64,000 nt of DNA from Eledone cirrhosa (Eukaryota), in contig OZ024749.1 in assembly GCA_964016885.1 (NCBI GenBank), positions 42,532,001 through 42,596,000 on the forward strand, read 5' to 3'. Below the pieces are notes generated by a model that was not told the DNA's origin, did not search any database, and was given only the letters and a program-made list of their open reading frames with translations. Positions 1 to 14,524 of the stretch are shown piece by piece; the first letter of the stretch is position 1; each line of letters opens with the position of its first letter. Made by a program: the position numbers and the translations under genes.

Positions 1-6
1 TATATA

Positions 7-52
<46 letters not shown>

Positions 53-628
53 AGAAGCAAATACGATGAAATAAATATTGATTCTAAAATGTCAATACAT
101 TTCATCATTTGTAAGCGATCGGTGGAGACGCCTTATCTCATAAACAAGAAGAAATACGTTAGATTGTATAAACAAACCAACAGAATAGATTTAAATAGAA
201 TTAACAAACAGTCGTAAGATATATAAAGAGAAGTGAAACTTTATTAACTGAGTAGTTGTTTAATACCTTCCAAACAGTGTTATCAGCCATGAAAAGACCC
301 TTGTTTTTATATTGTTTAGATAAGATATGTTTAGATAAGTCATATGAAAAGAATATGGAAAAAAAAGTTCTTTCTTTTAACACTAGATAGACTTGTAAAT
401 ATAAATGTTTCATAAAACTTGAAATATAAACACGATAATGTAAAGAAACCCATGAAAGATATCTACCTGTAAATGTTTCTATAGATATATGTTATTTCAT
501 ATTTCTAAAGGAAGATATGGATAGTTTGAACAGGGGGATTTTTTTTCTTGCTTACAGAAGTATTTTGTCTTAAATATGTACAGCATTTTCTGTCTGGTAC
601 AGTACTTTCTGTCAATAATTAATAGCAA

Positions 629-820
629 GGGTGGTGGATCGGCAGTATCGGTAGAGGGTCGGACGCCATGCTTTGCAGCACAGAGTTACGTCCCTTTACG
701 GACTGAGTTCAAATCCTGCCGAGGTTTACTTTGCCTTTCATCCTTACGGGGTCGATAAAATAAAGTACCAGTAATGTACTGGGTGATTGCTGGCCTTGTG
801 CCAAAAGTAGAAACAATAAT
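629..820 (+). mobile_element. tRNA-derived SINE, family S1 (resembles octopus OR-type SINEs)
   Basis: A-box-like TGGCAGTATCGG region, B-box GAGTTCAAATC and body ACTTTGCCTTTCATCCTTACGGGGTCGATAAAATAAAGTACCAG. Flanked by the 16-bp direct repeat CAATAATTAATAGCAA (613-628 and 814-829). Many copies in the window. Confidence 0.9.
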
Positions 821-864
821 TAATAGCAACAATGTCGTTGACCGTAGCAATACCAAACCAAACA

Positions 865-1070
865 GACTCTCTCTATCTCTTTTTCTCTCTCTTCCTCATT
901 CTCATTCTCTCTCTCTCTCTCTCTTTCTCTTTCTTATTCTCTCTCTCTCTCTTTCTCGTTCTCTCTCTCTCTGCCTCTCACTCTTTTTCTCTCTCTTTCA
1001 CACACACACACATACACACACACACACACTCTCTCTCTCTTTCTCTCTCTCTCTCTCACACACACACACA
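865..1070. repeat. (CT)n/(CA)n compound microsatellite
   Basis: Directly visible. Confidence 0.95.
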
Positions 1071-1099
1071 TCTTTACATACGAGCACAAAACCACATAT

Positions 1100-1295
1100 C
1101 AAACATATATCAATGTATTCTAAAACCACTTGTAGTTGTTATAGAACACCTAATCAAGTCTTAGTGATCCGCCTCAGATCTGAGAAATGAAAAACGAAGG
1201 CCATCTAAATCTGACGTCATACCTTATAAATAAAGGCATCCCGCAGGGTGATAGCTTGTTGCCGTTGCTCTTTGTATTTTGTTTAATACTTCCCA
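1100..1295 (+). mobile_element. non-LTR retrotransposon RT fragment (R4/Dong-like), decayed
   Basis: ORF 1187 contains INKGIPQGDSLLPLLFVFCL, matching the RT motif G(I/V)xQGDxLSPLLF. Confidence 0.7.
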
Positions 1296-1439
1296 CACCA
1301 AACCGCCTGAAATCGCCCCTAGTTCTACAATATATACTTGTTTGTTTAAAGTGTTTATATTTATCTAAATACCTTCCATCTTAATTTCATATAAGAGCAC
1401 TTATTACGTTTCAAACACCAACATAAATTTAAAAAGGAG

Positions 1440-2070
1440 TTGTATTACAAAATCTTTCAAAAATTCTTGATTATTTTCAACAGTATCTTTCATGGTAAAG
1501 AAAGAGTGAAAGAGAAAGCAAGTAAGATCTGTCCATTAACAAACAACCAGACATAACCAATGGAAAAAGAAGTTTAGATAATAAAAAAAAAAGGAGCAAT
1601 GAAACTTCTTTTAAGAGTAGATTCTTAAAAAAATATTTGGTTTTGGGAAATAGAGAAGTGATTCTTGTAAACGGCAAAATATGATATGAGTGGGATTTTA
1701 TGTTAATATAAAATTATATACAAAATGGAATTACGTTTATTGTAAAACAATCCAGGAATGGCAAATATGCGTTGAAACAGATAGATTGATTGGACAAACG
1801 TTAAGAGAAAACCAACATAAAATAACACAGCCATATTGATTGAGAAAGTGTAATGTGGGAAGAAATGTATGAAACCATAAAAAATAGAAACTTAATCCCA
1901 AATCTCCTGGATTTGATGAGGTTCAACAGTTTAGTACTAAGGAATCACTTACACAAGATGGCTACTATGACCAAATCAAATCATATTTATACAACTATAT
2001 AGGAGCCTCTTATCCTATCTTAAATTGACAACAAAGAAAACAACCGCCTAGAACCAATAAAAAACAGTCC
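1440..2070 (+). mobile_element. decayed non-LTR retrotransposon ORF fragment (pre-RT region)
   Basis: Near 1900 the sequence translates as KSPGFDEVQQF, resembling the KxPGxDxI motif upstream of LINE RT domains. A-rich sense strand with many stops. Confidence 0.4.
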
Positions 2071-2071
2071 A

Positions 2072-2280
2072 AATAATGGTTTATAAGCCAGGAACAGGGC
2101 CAGCAATTTGGGATGAGGGGAAGAAGATGTCGATTACATCTAGGCCAGTACTTAATTGCTTGCTACTTTATTTTATCGACCTCTCGGTAGGATGGAGGAC
2201 AAGGATGACCTTTAGGAGGGATTTGAACTCATAACCCTGAGACAAATCAATATTCAACGCTCTAACGTCTCAGCCAAACA
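2072..2280 (-). mobile_element. SINE S1, diverged copy
   Basis: Reverse complement of the S1 body: TACTTTATTTTATCGAC ... GGATTTGAACTC. Confidence 0.8.
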
Positions 2281-2309
2281 GACTGACTTACATATATTAC
2301 CCCCCCCCC

Positions 2310-2616
2310 CACACAGACACAGACACTGACACAGACACAGACACAGACAGACACAGACACAGACACAGACACAGACACAGACACAGACACAGACAGACAC
2401 TGACACAAACACAGGCACAGACACATACACAGACACAGACAGACACAGACACAGACACTGACACTGACACTGACACAGACACAGACACAGACACTGACAC
2501 AGACACAGACACAGACAGACACAGATACAGACACAGACACAGACACAGACACAGACACAGACAAAAAGAGAGTGAGCGAGAGAGTGTGAGAGATAGATAG
2601 ATATATACCTAGGTAG

Positions 2617-2659
<43 letters not shown>

Positions 2660-2722
2660 GAGAGAGAGAGAGAGGGAGAGAGAGAGAGAGGGAAATAGAG
2701 AGAGAAAGAGAGAGAGAGAGAT
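2310..2722. repeat. (ACACAG)n, (TA)n and (GA)n microsatellites
   Basis: Directly visible. Confidence 0.95.
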
Positions 2723-2799
2723 GCACGTAAAGTGTATGTCATAAAAGTACTCACACCACAGCACTGATGTCGCTAATGTTCCCACATGAATGAGTCAAA

Positions 2800-3185
2800 A
2801 CCACCACCGCCACCATTTCTACTACTACTACCACCACCATCATCATCTCCGCCACCACCACCACCTCCACCACCACCGTCACCACCGTCACCACCACCAG
2901 CACCACCACCACCATCATCATCTCCGCCACCACCACAACCACCACCTCCACCACCACCGTCACCACCACCAACACCACCACCACCACCATCATCATCTCC
3001 GCCACCGCCACCACCACAACCACCACCTCCACCACCACCGTCACCACCACCAACACCACCACCACCATCATCATCTCCGCCACCACCACCACCACCACCA
3101 CCGTCACCACCACCAACACCACCACCACCACCATCATCATCTCCGCCACCACCACCACCACCACCGTCACCACCACCAGCAACAA
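2800..3185. repeat. (CAC)n-based minisatellite
   Basis: Recurrent CATCATCATCTCCGCCACC...CCGTCACC unit. Confidence 0.9.
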
Positions 3186-3540
3186 CACAAACTATTAGAC
3201 TTACATTACTTCAAGTACCTCCACTTCCGCCACCTCCACCACTGTTACTCCCCTCCCAGCTTCTTATTATCTCTCTACCATCCCCCACCATCTCCCTTTC
3301 TCTCCCCTCTTTCCCCCTCATTCACCTCCTTCCCCCTCTCCCCCTCTCTCTTACAATACAATGTTTACTTTGGCCACCAATCATCACCCTCAAGTACCAT
3401 CTTCTCACATATTTTGTCGTCTGTCTTTTGTCTTCTCTCTTTCTTCTCTCCTTAATCTCCTTTCTATAACGTTTTATAATCACTTTGGATTACTTTCGAT
3501 TCGGCGCATTGTGTGTCTGTCGTGTCTTTTCCGGTTAAGA

Positions 3541-3689
3541 AACAACAACAACAACAACGACAACAACATCAACAACCACAACAACAACAACAACAACAAC
3601 AACGACATCATCAACAACAACAACAACAACAACAACAAAAACAACAACAACAACAACAACGGCATCATAAAACAACAACAATGACAATG

Positions 3690-3722
<33 letters not shown>

Positions 3723-3750
3723 ACGGCATCAACAACAACGACGGCATCAT

Positions 3751-3782
<32 letters not shown>

Positions 3783-3814
3783 ACAACGGCATCAACAACA
3801 ACGACGGCATCATC

Positions 3815-3846
<32 letters not shown>

Positions 3847-3925
3847 CGGCATCATAAAAAACAACAACAACAACAACAATGACAACGACAACGACAACAA
3901 GACAACAACGACAACATCAACAACA
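3541..3925. repeat. (CAA)n degenerate trinucleotide repeat
   Basis: Directly visible. Confidence 0.95.
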
Positions 3926-3944
3926 CAAACACGAGAAGCCTTAA

Positions 3945-4160
3945 AGGAACCCATGGGTTAAAGTGTTCGGTCTGGCAGTCGTAAGGTCGTGAATTCGATT
4001 TGTGCTTTGTATGTTATGTCCACTATAAAGCAAAGAGCCAGCTTTGTCATATACCGTGACCACATTGAATCTCCCTGAGAATTGCGTTAAGAGTACACAT
4101 GTCTGCGGAATACTCAGCCACAAGCAGGTAAATTTCATAACAGAGGTCCAGCACACAGAT
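3945..4160 (+). mobile_element. tRNA-derived SINE, family S2, diverged
   Basis: tRNA-like head (GGTTAAAAGTGTT...GGTCGTGAATTCGATT) similar to 42254. The body TGTCATATACCGTG...CCTGAGAATTGCGTTAAG is partly shared with 12650-12695. Confidence 0.6.
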
Positions 4161-4168
4161 ATGTATGT

Positions 4169-4452
4169 ATGGGGAAAGTTGCCTTTGAGGCATCTCGAAT
4201 CGCATACGATAAAGTAAAAAGGGACGTGAGGAAGAGCATTGCTGTTGCACTTCCAGACAGCAAAGGTCCTCCTATGGCGCTGACATGCAGCGTCTGTGCG
4301 AAACTCTGCCTCAGCAAAGCTGGACTCGAAAGCCATCTTCGCAGTAATAAAGTGAGACCAGTGGTTAACTACCAGGTTGCTGTTGGAGATGCTACTCATC
4401 ATGCCTGCCAAGCATGTGGTAGAGAATGTAAATCAGCAGGAGGGCTCAAACG
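4169..4452 (+). mobile_element. LINE (RTE-like) C-terminal fragment with C2H2-type zinc fingers
   Basis: FEASRIAYDKVKRDVRK followed by CSVCAKLCLSKAGLESHLRS and CQACGRECKSAGGLKR, typical of the ORF 3' end in RTE-related LINEs. No RT upstream. Confidence 0.7.
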
Positions 4453-4599
4453 ACCTGCAACCCCACCAAGTTTACTTGGTGAGGAGGGTGATTTTGGACA
4501 CCCTGCAGGACAAAAAACAAAACCTGACAAAGGACGGAAGAACTCATAAGAGTCAACGAAAGTGTGTAAATATGTATATACACATGTACCGCGTCGTTA

Positions 4600-4930
4600 A
4601 ACCACTGGGAGTGAAGGACCCCTAGCCTTTGTCAGGGCATTCTTCTAGGAGAAGGCAACTCAGGAAACTGGGGTAACTCCGATATAAAACCTGCGGGTCA
4701 GTAGTTACCGATGATGTTGATCTTTTCTTCTTTTCGGGTTATAGCTACTGTCGTTCAGAGAGTGGGATTGGCTCAGTGCACAGTCTTTTCTCACTTTAAA
4801 AAATATCTTCACGCACAGGCATTGCACGATAGAATTAATTAATAATTATTAATAATGGTATATCGGGCAATGGCCATACTCGATAACGAGGGGGTAGCCA
4901 TCATGCATGTATGTATATATGAATGTATGT
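4600..4930 (+). mobile_element. RTE-related non-autonomous element, family R (divergent subfamily)
   Basis: CCCCTAGCCTTTGTCAGGGCA...CTAGGAGAAGG motif resembling RTE 5'UTR/Ceph-domain sequence. The 3' end GGCCATACTCGATAACGAG...GCCATCATG plus (ATGT)n matches the copies at 6254, 12876 and 60309. Confidence 0.7.
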
Positions 4931-4949
4931 TCGTAATATCTTCAATCAC

Positions 4950-5340
4950 CATCATGGCGGCCTCAGCCAAAATCGGCTCAATAATTGATCTCCACGTAGG
5001 TCTGTCGTTTATTGTTGTTGCCAAGTCCTAGATTTCAATACCAGAATCCCTGGAGATGACATCAGGATAGGAGAGCTTGCGCCCCCTGCTATTAGGGACT
5101 GCTTGTCGTTTCCAAAGCACTAATGGGGACAGAGCCTCATAGGTGGCACGATAGCAGTGGCCAGCAAATCTTACTCTCCCTTTACGTACAACGACAGATA
5201 TGCGTGGGAGGCCGGCATATTATATTTCTTTCAAGTCAGATGTCGCCAGCTTCTGTTCTGAGTGCGTCGAAGTAGGCGAGTGTAGGAGGTGTCTTCAGTA
5301 ACAACATTTATAGCATCTTCAATACCACAAACTGAGGTGA
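4950..5340 (-). mobile_element. RTE LINE 3' fragment
   Basis: Minus strand encodes ...RGRKLSYPDVISRD...LATTINDRPTWRSII. Same family as 55700-56007. Confidence 0.85.
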
Positions 5341-5345
5341 AATAT

Positions 5346-5446
<101 letters not shown>

Positions 5447-5465
5447 TTAATATTACAAGCAAGCA

Positions 5466-5690
5466 GAGCGTTGGATTGGCAGTATCGGTAGACTCGTCGG
5501 ACAACATGCTTTATGACATAGGGTTACGCCCCTTTACGTTCTGAGTTGAAATCCTGTCGAGGTTAGCTTTGTCTTTTATCCTTACGGGAACGATAAAATA
5601 CAGTACCAGTAATACACTGGGGGCGTTTAATTGACTTTCACATCTTCCCAAATCGTTGGCCTTGTGCCTAAATTAGAAACCAATATTAAA
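5466..5690 (+). mobile_element. SINE S1
   Basis: Full head and body. Near-perfect TSD AATATTA(C/A)AAGCAAG on both sides. Confidence 0.85.
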
Positions 5691-5914
5691 AGCAAGCCAT
5701 TACATTGGTAGAACGACTGGGACACTCATCGTAGAAACCAACAGAGGTCCATTTATTTATATACTGACTGCAGAGAAACTAAGGCGATGTTATCCAATTA
5801 TGTTGAAGATGTAATGCTTCAGTTGTATGGCTGACACTTTCAAGAAGTGTTTTGGCCACTAAATATATATTTTTTCTAACAAAACTTTGTGAATGAAATA
5901 AAATGTATAAGTTA

Positions 5915-6215
5915 TGTAGGCGGCGTATTGACAGAGTGATTAGAAGGTCGGAGAGAGTGGTTTGTAGTATTAGTTTAGACCCGCCGAGGTCAACTTTGCC
6001 TTTCATCCTTTCGAGGTCGATATAAAAGGTACCAGTCTAGTACTGGGGTCGATTTGTCCCCTATATATCTCTCTCTTATTTTCTATCCTTCTCCGGAAGA
6101 AATCTGCTGTACTCGGGCCAGGAGAGGGATCGGCTCCGCCAGGTTTAAAAAATGCCCAAGAAACGCTGTATGTCAATATACGACGCCCCAGCGTCTCAAT
6201 CAGGATTTACGGGAC
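5915..6215 (+). mobile_element. SINE S1 variant with alternative 3' tail
   Basis: S1 core followed by GGAAGAAATCTGCTGT...GGAGAGGGATCGGCTCCGCCAGGTTTAAAAAATGCC. Related tails occur at 28940-29625 and 43138-43250. Confidence 0.65.
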
Positions 6216-6253
6216 CACACACATATACATACATACACACATATACATACATA

Positions 6254-6690
6254 CATGGTGGCTGCCAACTCGTTTTCGAGTACGGCCACTACTTTATATC
6301 CATGTAGGAGGACCCCTACCGATGCGCTGAACGAGTGTGACTTTTCAGTCCGGCCAGCGACTTGAAAACCCCGGTACAAACACTACACATGTGACAATTA
6401 TTGACACATAGTGCTGGGCCCATGGTACCATGTGACGACAAGTGCAGAGAGATCTCCAGATATAAAGCAATGCCTGTGCCGTGAAGTTTTTATAGTGAGC
6501 AAAGGCACTGCACAAAGCCAGTCCCACTCTCTTAACCAAGATGATATTTACCAAAAAGAAGAACAAGTCAACATCATTGGATATCATCAGGGTTGCAGGT
6601 GTGATATCAGAGTTTTCCTTCTCCTAGAATTCTGCCTTGACAAAGGCTAAGGGGTCATCTCTCCCGGTGATTTTGGATGGCCATTGACTC
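6254..6690 (-). mobile_element. family R element
   Basis: Highly similar to 12876-13277 and 60309-60619. Flanked by (ATAC)n on both sides. Confidence 0.85.
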
Positions 6691-8445
6691 TTAAGATATA
6701 CATACATACACACATACATACGTACGTACACACATACACATATACATTCATACGTACATACATAATACATACATAATACATACATACATACATACATACA
6801 TACATACATACATACATACATACATACATACATACGTACATACATAATACATACATAATACATACATACATACGTACATACAAGTACAATCCATTAATGG
6901 AACAGTAAAAATATGTAAAACATTCCAAATATTTTGCATCTAATAACTGCATATACACATGTACAGAAAGCATATGCATACAACTCAAAGCGTATGCATA
7001 CAACTCAAAACATCCACATCCACACATACAATAACATCCATACCTACACATGCATGCATGCAGATATGCATACATATCTACCTAGTTGATGTGTAAATTC
7101 CAATGAGAGAGTCTTGTAACTATGTTAGAAACCGACTTGTGAAATTATAAAACCAGAAGAACATACATACATATAAATTATGTAACTTACCTGGAATTTC
7201 GACTTTATGACAGTTAAATCCGAAATATTTGCACAGTTAAAATATTTTATCTGCCATATGTAGTGTTGTATTAGAATGGTTGATGTGTGGTCAGAAGGAA
7301 AAAATGAATGAAAATGTTGAGTAGAGAAATATATATGGAACTGCGTCAAAGAATTAAGAGCTGTGTTAGAATATTAAGGCATATATATATACTATATGGA
7401 TGAAAAGAGAAATGGTAGAAGAGACTAATTTCTGAGTAATAGTTTAAATGTATTATGATAATATGAAGTTAGAATTTAACTTCAGTGTATACATCTCAAT
7501 GAGTATATATAACCCAACCGAAGATTTATGCTTACAACGTCTTTATATGTACTGTTCCAATAACTGGCATGATTCTCCAACGATTTTATCCTTTATTCTT
7601 CCATGTTCCTACATCATAATATCAGTTCCAGCGATCTTAGCAATCTTTTGTTCTGTCAACCATTTTTATTTCGTGTCTATAAATTGTATTACTTGATTTC
7701 TCTTCCAATATGTTAAAGTCCTGTTCTTCAAAAGTCCTTAACATTTCCTTTACGGAAGCTTTTCATTATTTCGAAGTTTCAATGACTTTAACATACTCTT
7801 TCAAATCATTCAAGTATTTTCAATTGTAATATCTTTATCATTCAGTTCTCATGTCAGTAGTCGTCTAAAGTGTCTTCGCATCCAACAACAACTTATCACT
7901 CATTCGTATTCATCTGATAGTGTCTTGAGCATCTACTAAATTTTGTTGTTTTGCAATATTAATGAAGTTGTAAGTTATCGTCTGCAATTTGAAATAATCT
8001 TTATCGTATGTAGTTAAAAAGTCTTCGCCTTCTCAATGTCCGATTTCAGTGAGATCGTCTGCTTTAATGATCTTGTAGCATTCGTGATAACAATTGTCGA
8101 AAGTCTGTTCTCTTGTCCATCATTTAAACGTAATGTCCCCGTCCTTGTATGTCATATTACGACTGTAACTACGTCACAAGGCATATCTCTAAGTAAGTAC
8201 ATTGGAATTGTAACCCCTAATGTCGATGATGTCTCTCTCTCTCTATTCTAAGAAGTATTTTAATTATTCTAATACACACATATTCACACAGTCACACATG
8301 CATACACATACATACGCCTACATACGACCCTGTAAATGATGGGTTCATACATGAGTGTAAAAAGCTTTAAGATGGTTTCTAGTAAAGTACGTAAATATTG
8401 GATGGTTTACATTTGTCTTTTTTTTTCATTTCCTTCTCAATTTAT

Positions 8446-10392
<1,947 letters not shown>

Positions 10393-10629
10393 ATTATGTC
10401 TATGTGTCCGTTTGCACGTGTTTTCTTGACAACTATATCAATCACAGACTGCAGGTTATATAAGAAGGAGTGAAGACAAAGAAAGAAAACAAACAACAAA
10501 ATATATAATAATAATAATAATAATGCTAATAATAATAAGGATAATGGTGAATGTCATGGCATCAATGTATGACAGCGTAGAATACTTGTAGAGAAAGTCA
10601 AGGAGTGAGTAACGTGACAATCTGGGCTG

Positions 10630-11740
10630 GTGTCATAGTTGTGCTAGTGGTTGTGGTGGTGGTAGTTGTGGTGTTGGTTGTGGTTGTAGTAGTGGTAGTA
10701 GGTGTGGTGGTTGTGGTGGTTGTGGTGTTGGTTGTGGTTGTAGTAGTGGTGGTAGTTGTGGTGGCGGTTGTGGTTGTTGTGGTGTTGGTTGTGGTTGTAG
10801 TAGTGGTGGTAGGTGTTGTGGTGGTTGTGGTGGTTGTGGTGGTTGTGGTGTTGGTTGTGGTTGTAGTAGTGGTGGTAGGTGTGGTCGTGTTTGTGGTTGT
10901 TGTGGTGTTGGTTGTGGTTGTAGTAGTGGTGGTAGGTGTTGTGGTGGTTGTGGTAGTTGTGGTGTTGGTTGTGGCTGTAGTAGTGGTAGTAGGTGTGGTG
11001 GTGGTTGTGGTGGTTGTGGTGGTTGTGGTGGTGGTTGTAGTAATGGTGGTAGTTGTGGTGGTAGTGGTTGTGGTGATGGTTGTGGTGGTTGTGGTAGTGG
11101 TGGTAGTGGTTGTGGTTGTAGTATTGGTGGTAGTTGGGGTGGTAGTAGTGGTGGTAGTTGTGCTTGTGCTTGTGGTGGTGGTTGTGGTTGTAGTATTGGC
11201 TGTGGTGGTAGTAGTGGTTGTAGTAGTAGTGGTAGTTGTGGTAGTGGTTGTGGTTGTAGTTGTGGTGGAAGTTGTGATAGTGGTTGTGGTGGTAGTTGTG
11301 GTTGTAGTAGTGGTGGTAGTTGTGGTAGTGGATGTGTTGGTTGTGGTTATGTTGGTAGTTGTGGTTGTAGTAGTGGTAGTGGTAGTGGTTGTGGTGGTTG
11401 TGGTGGTAGTGGTTGTGGTAGTAGTGGTAGTTGTATTAATGATAGTGGTGCTGGTAGTAATGGTGGTTATGATGGTAGTTATTGTAGTAGTGGTGGTGGT
11501 AGTTTTTGGGGTTGTGGTGGTAGCTGTGATAGTAGCGGTAGTTGTATTAATGATAGTGGTGCTGGTAGTAATGGTGGTTATGATGGTAGTTATTGTAGTA
11601 GTGGTGGTGGTAGTTTTGGGGGTTGTGGTGGTAGCTGTGATAGTAGCGGTAGTTGTATTGATGGTAGTAGTGCTGGTAGTAATGGTGGTTATGAAAACAG
11701 TTATTTTGGTAGTGGTACTGGTGCTAGTTGTGGTAGTAAA
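10630..11740. repeat. (GTG/GTT/GTA)n degenerate trinucleotide repeat
   Basis: Directly visible; source of the spurious poly-Val ORF. Confidence 0.95.
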
Positions 11741-11947
11741 GTTATTGGAAGAAGATGGCGTCCAAAACTTATGGCCGACTTTGGTTAATGTTTGATAGTT
11801 GACGGTTGATGATATTTTATTGTTTCGAAGTATGGTGTATCATGACGGCGCTTCTGGTAGTTTTCTAGTTTCTAATTATTTCTTCTCATTCGTGTCTCAT
11901 GTGTTATTATAACATTTTAAAATTTACCGTTTGTAACAACTGATATT

Positions 11948-12029
<82 letters not shown>

Positions 12030-12034
12030 AATTA

Positions 12035-12350
12035 GTATCGGAGTCAATAAAATAAGGTATCAGTTAAATACTGGGTCGTTATAATCAACTTTCTCTGCCT
12101 TCAAATTGCTGGCTTTGTGTTTATGTTAGAAACAATTATTATTATAATTATTTTCAGACACCATGTTTGGCGGCATAGTTACATCCCTTTACGTTTTGAG
12201 TTCAAATCCCGCCGAGATTAACTTTGCCTTTCATCTTTACGAGGTCGATAGAATAAAGCACCAGTAACGTACTGGGGTCGATTTAGTCGACTTCCCACGC
12301 CCTTTCAAATTCCTGACCTTGTGTTTATGTTAGAAACAATTATTATTATA
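12035..12350 (+). mobile_element. two tandem 5'-truncated SINE S1 copies
   Basis: Two bodies, each ending TGTGTTTATGTTAGAAACAATTATT. Confidence 0.8.
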
Positions 12351-12487
12351 ATATATTTCTCCCATCCATGAATAATCTTATATTCCCATATTCTCATAAT
12401 CCTATAATCAGCTTTCATCCGATTTATCTACACTCCGCCCTACTGGACACACTCAACTTTTGTTAAATATACAGTTATTCAAATGAC

Positions 12488-12700
12488 CGCAGGCATGGTT
12501 GATCGGTTAGGAGGTGACGGGTTCAGTACTGCGTGAGACTTACCATTGCCCGGTGTCTATTTAACAAGGCCTTGAGAATGAAATCGGTTCGATAAAAATT
12601 ATATGGAAGCCTGTCGGATATAATGTACCAGTAATTCAAAGGCGCAGTCTTGTCATATATCGTGTCGCACTGACTTGCCTTATGAATTACTTTAACAAAA
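12488..12700 (+). mobile_element. diverged tRNA-derived SINE
   Basis: Head GCAGGCATGGTTGATCGGTTAGGAG...GGGTTCAGT and body AAGGCCTTGAGAATGAAAT...GGAAGCCTGTCG, resembling octopus SINEs. Confidence 0.5.
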
Positions 12701-12875
12701 TACCTCATTAACTGAGGACTTATCGTTGAAGGGTTTCTACAAAGTTATCTTTCAGGATACAATGCTTCGTAGTACCAGTGGTGTAATGTGAAACCACTAC
12801 TATTCAACTGTAATCAGGCGGCGGCTAATAAGTTAAAGTCTGTCCCAAGTCCTGAGGTTCATACATACATACATA

Positions 12876-13277
12876 CATGGTGGCTGCCAACTCGTTTTCG
12901 AGTACGGCCACTACTTTATATCCATGTAGGAGAACCCCTACCGATGCGCTGAACGAGTGTGACTTTTTAGTCCAGCCAGCGACTTGAAAACTCTGGTACA
13001 AACACTACACTTGTGACAATTATTGACACATAGTGCTGGGCCCATGGTACCATGTGACGACAAATGCAGAGAAATCTCTAGATATAAAGCAATGCATGTG
13101 CCGTGAAGCTTTTATAGTGAGCAAAGTCACTGCACAAAGCCAGTCCCACTCTCTTAACCAAGATGATATTTACCAAAAAGAAGAACAAGTCAACATCATT
13201 GGATACCATCAGGGTTGCAGGTGTTATATCAGAGTTTTCCTTCTCCTTGACAAAGGCTAAGGGGTCATCTCTCCCGG
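12876..13277 (-). mobile_element. family R element
   Basis: Near-identical to 6254-6667. (ATAC)n on both flanks. Confidence 0.85.
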
Positions 13278-13302
13278 ATACATACATACATACATACATA
13301 CA

Positions 13303-13362
<60 letters not shown>

Positions 13363-13745
13363 ATGGTTGCAATTAAATGAGACCGTAGGCGGTATGCCGC
13401 TTGAGCACTCGATGCTCGCGTAGAGCAGAGTATATTATAGATAACGAGGAATCAGTAATGCATCAAAACACAATTTATTAACATATTACATATATAATAT
13501 ATAATATAATACAATAATATATATATATATATATATATAAATTATTAAAAAAATAATGAATAAACAAAGAAACAGTTCCTTATATTAAACAAAAAAAGTT
13601 CATTATTTTACGATCGTTTCTAGGACATATATGTGTTAGAATTGGTATGCATATTCAAAAGATCTATGTACAAAATTATACAAACTATCAGAGGGAATAT
13701 ACATACCTTATATACATACCTTATATACATACCTTATATACATAC

Positions 13746-13805
<60 letters not shown>

Positions 13806-14194
13806 GCAAGTATAGACATACACTGCCTCAGTCTAGGTGTGTCTGTGAAATATATACATATAAACCAGGTCCGAACACAAAGGAACCAAACTCCCACTGT
13901 CACTGCCTCCGTCTGTCCCGCTCTCCCCATCTCCCACTATTATGAGCAAATTGGGGCCCACGTACTGGCCGCCTCGCGCCCCCCGGCGGACACAATAGAG
14001 AAGACGTTACCCCGGAGGTTTGCTCTGGGAGAGCCATTCCAGCTCGCGAGGCTGATGTTAAACCGCCGAGAATACAATACTCCCCTCCACTGGACTGGCA
14101 CTGCTGCTACCGTTGCTACTGCTGCCGTTGCTACTGCTGCTGCTACTGCTGCTGCTGCTGCTGCTGTCGCTGTTGCTGGTGTTCGTTGTTTTCT

Positions 14195-14350
14195 CTCCAG
14201 CTCAGTGAACTGAAACAACATGGCAATGAAGTACCCCTCCCCCCCAACACACTTTCTCAAGGACAAAACGCGATGTCCGTTCCGTGAATTGACCCCACGA
14301 CCTTATGATCATGAGCGTAACACCTTAACCACCAGGCCATGTGACTTCAC
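14195..14350 (-). mobile_element. SINE S2 head, diverged
   Basis: Reverse complement GTGAAGTCACATGGCCTGGTGGTTAAGGTGTT...GGTCGTGGGGTCAATTC...TTGTCCTTGAG matches the 42254 head. Confidence 0.7.
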
Positions 14351-14524
14351 CGTCCATTAAGACACCCACGGCATCATGGGGTCAATTCAAACAATTATTA
14401 CATAGCAAAAACACAAACAAAGGCCCTTTATATACAAAGATTTCTACCCTCAGTTTCAGTTAGTATTTTCAAGTGGCTGACATTGTTCCACCTCTAACTA
14501 CTAATAGCTAACTACCATCCCCTG

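Noticed and set aside
60-560. GIY-YIG endonuclease remnant
   Set aside because: Only vague resemblance with many stops and frameshifts; not supportable by eye.
4169-4549. Host C2H2 zinc-finger gene exon
   Set aside because: Finger pattern and upstream FE..R...KR..RK motif match a LINE C-terminus, and there are no TGEKP linkers.
10605-11795. 396-aa poly-Val ORF, or a mucin-like poly-Thr reading on the opposite strand
   Set aside because: Degenerate trinucleotide repeat with no domain, start context or splice evidence.
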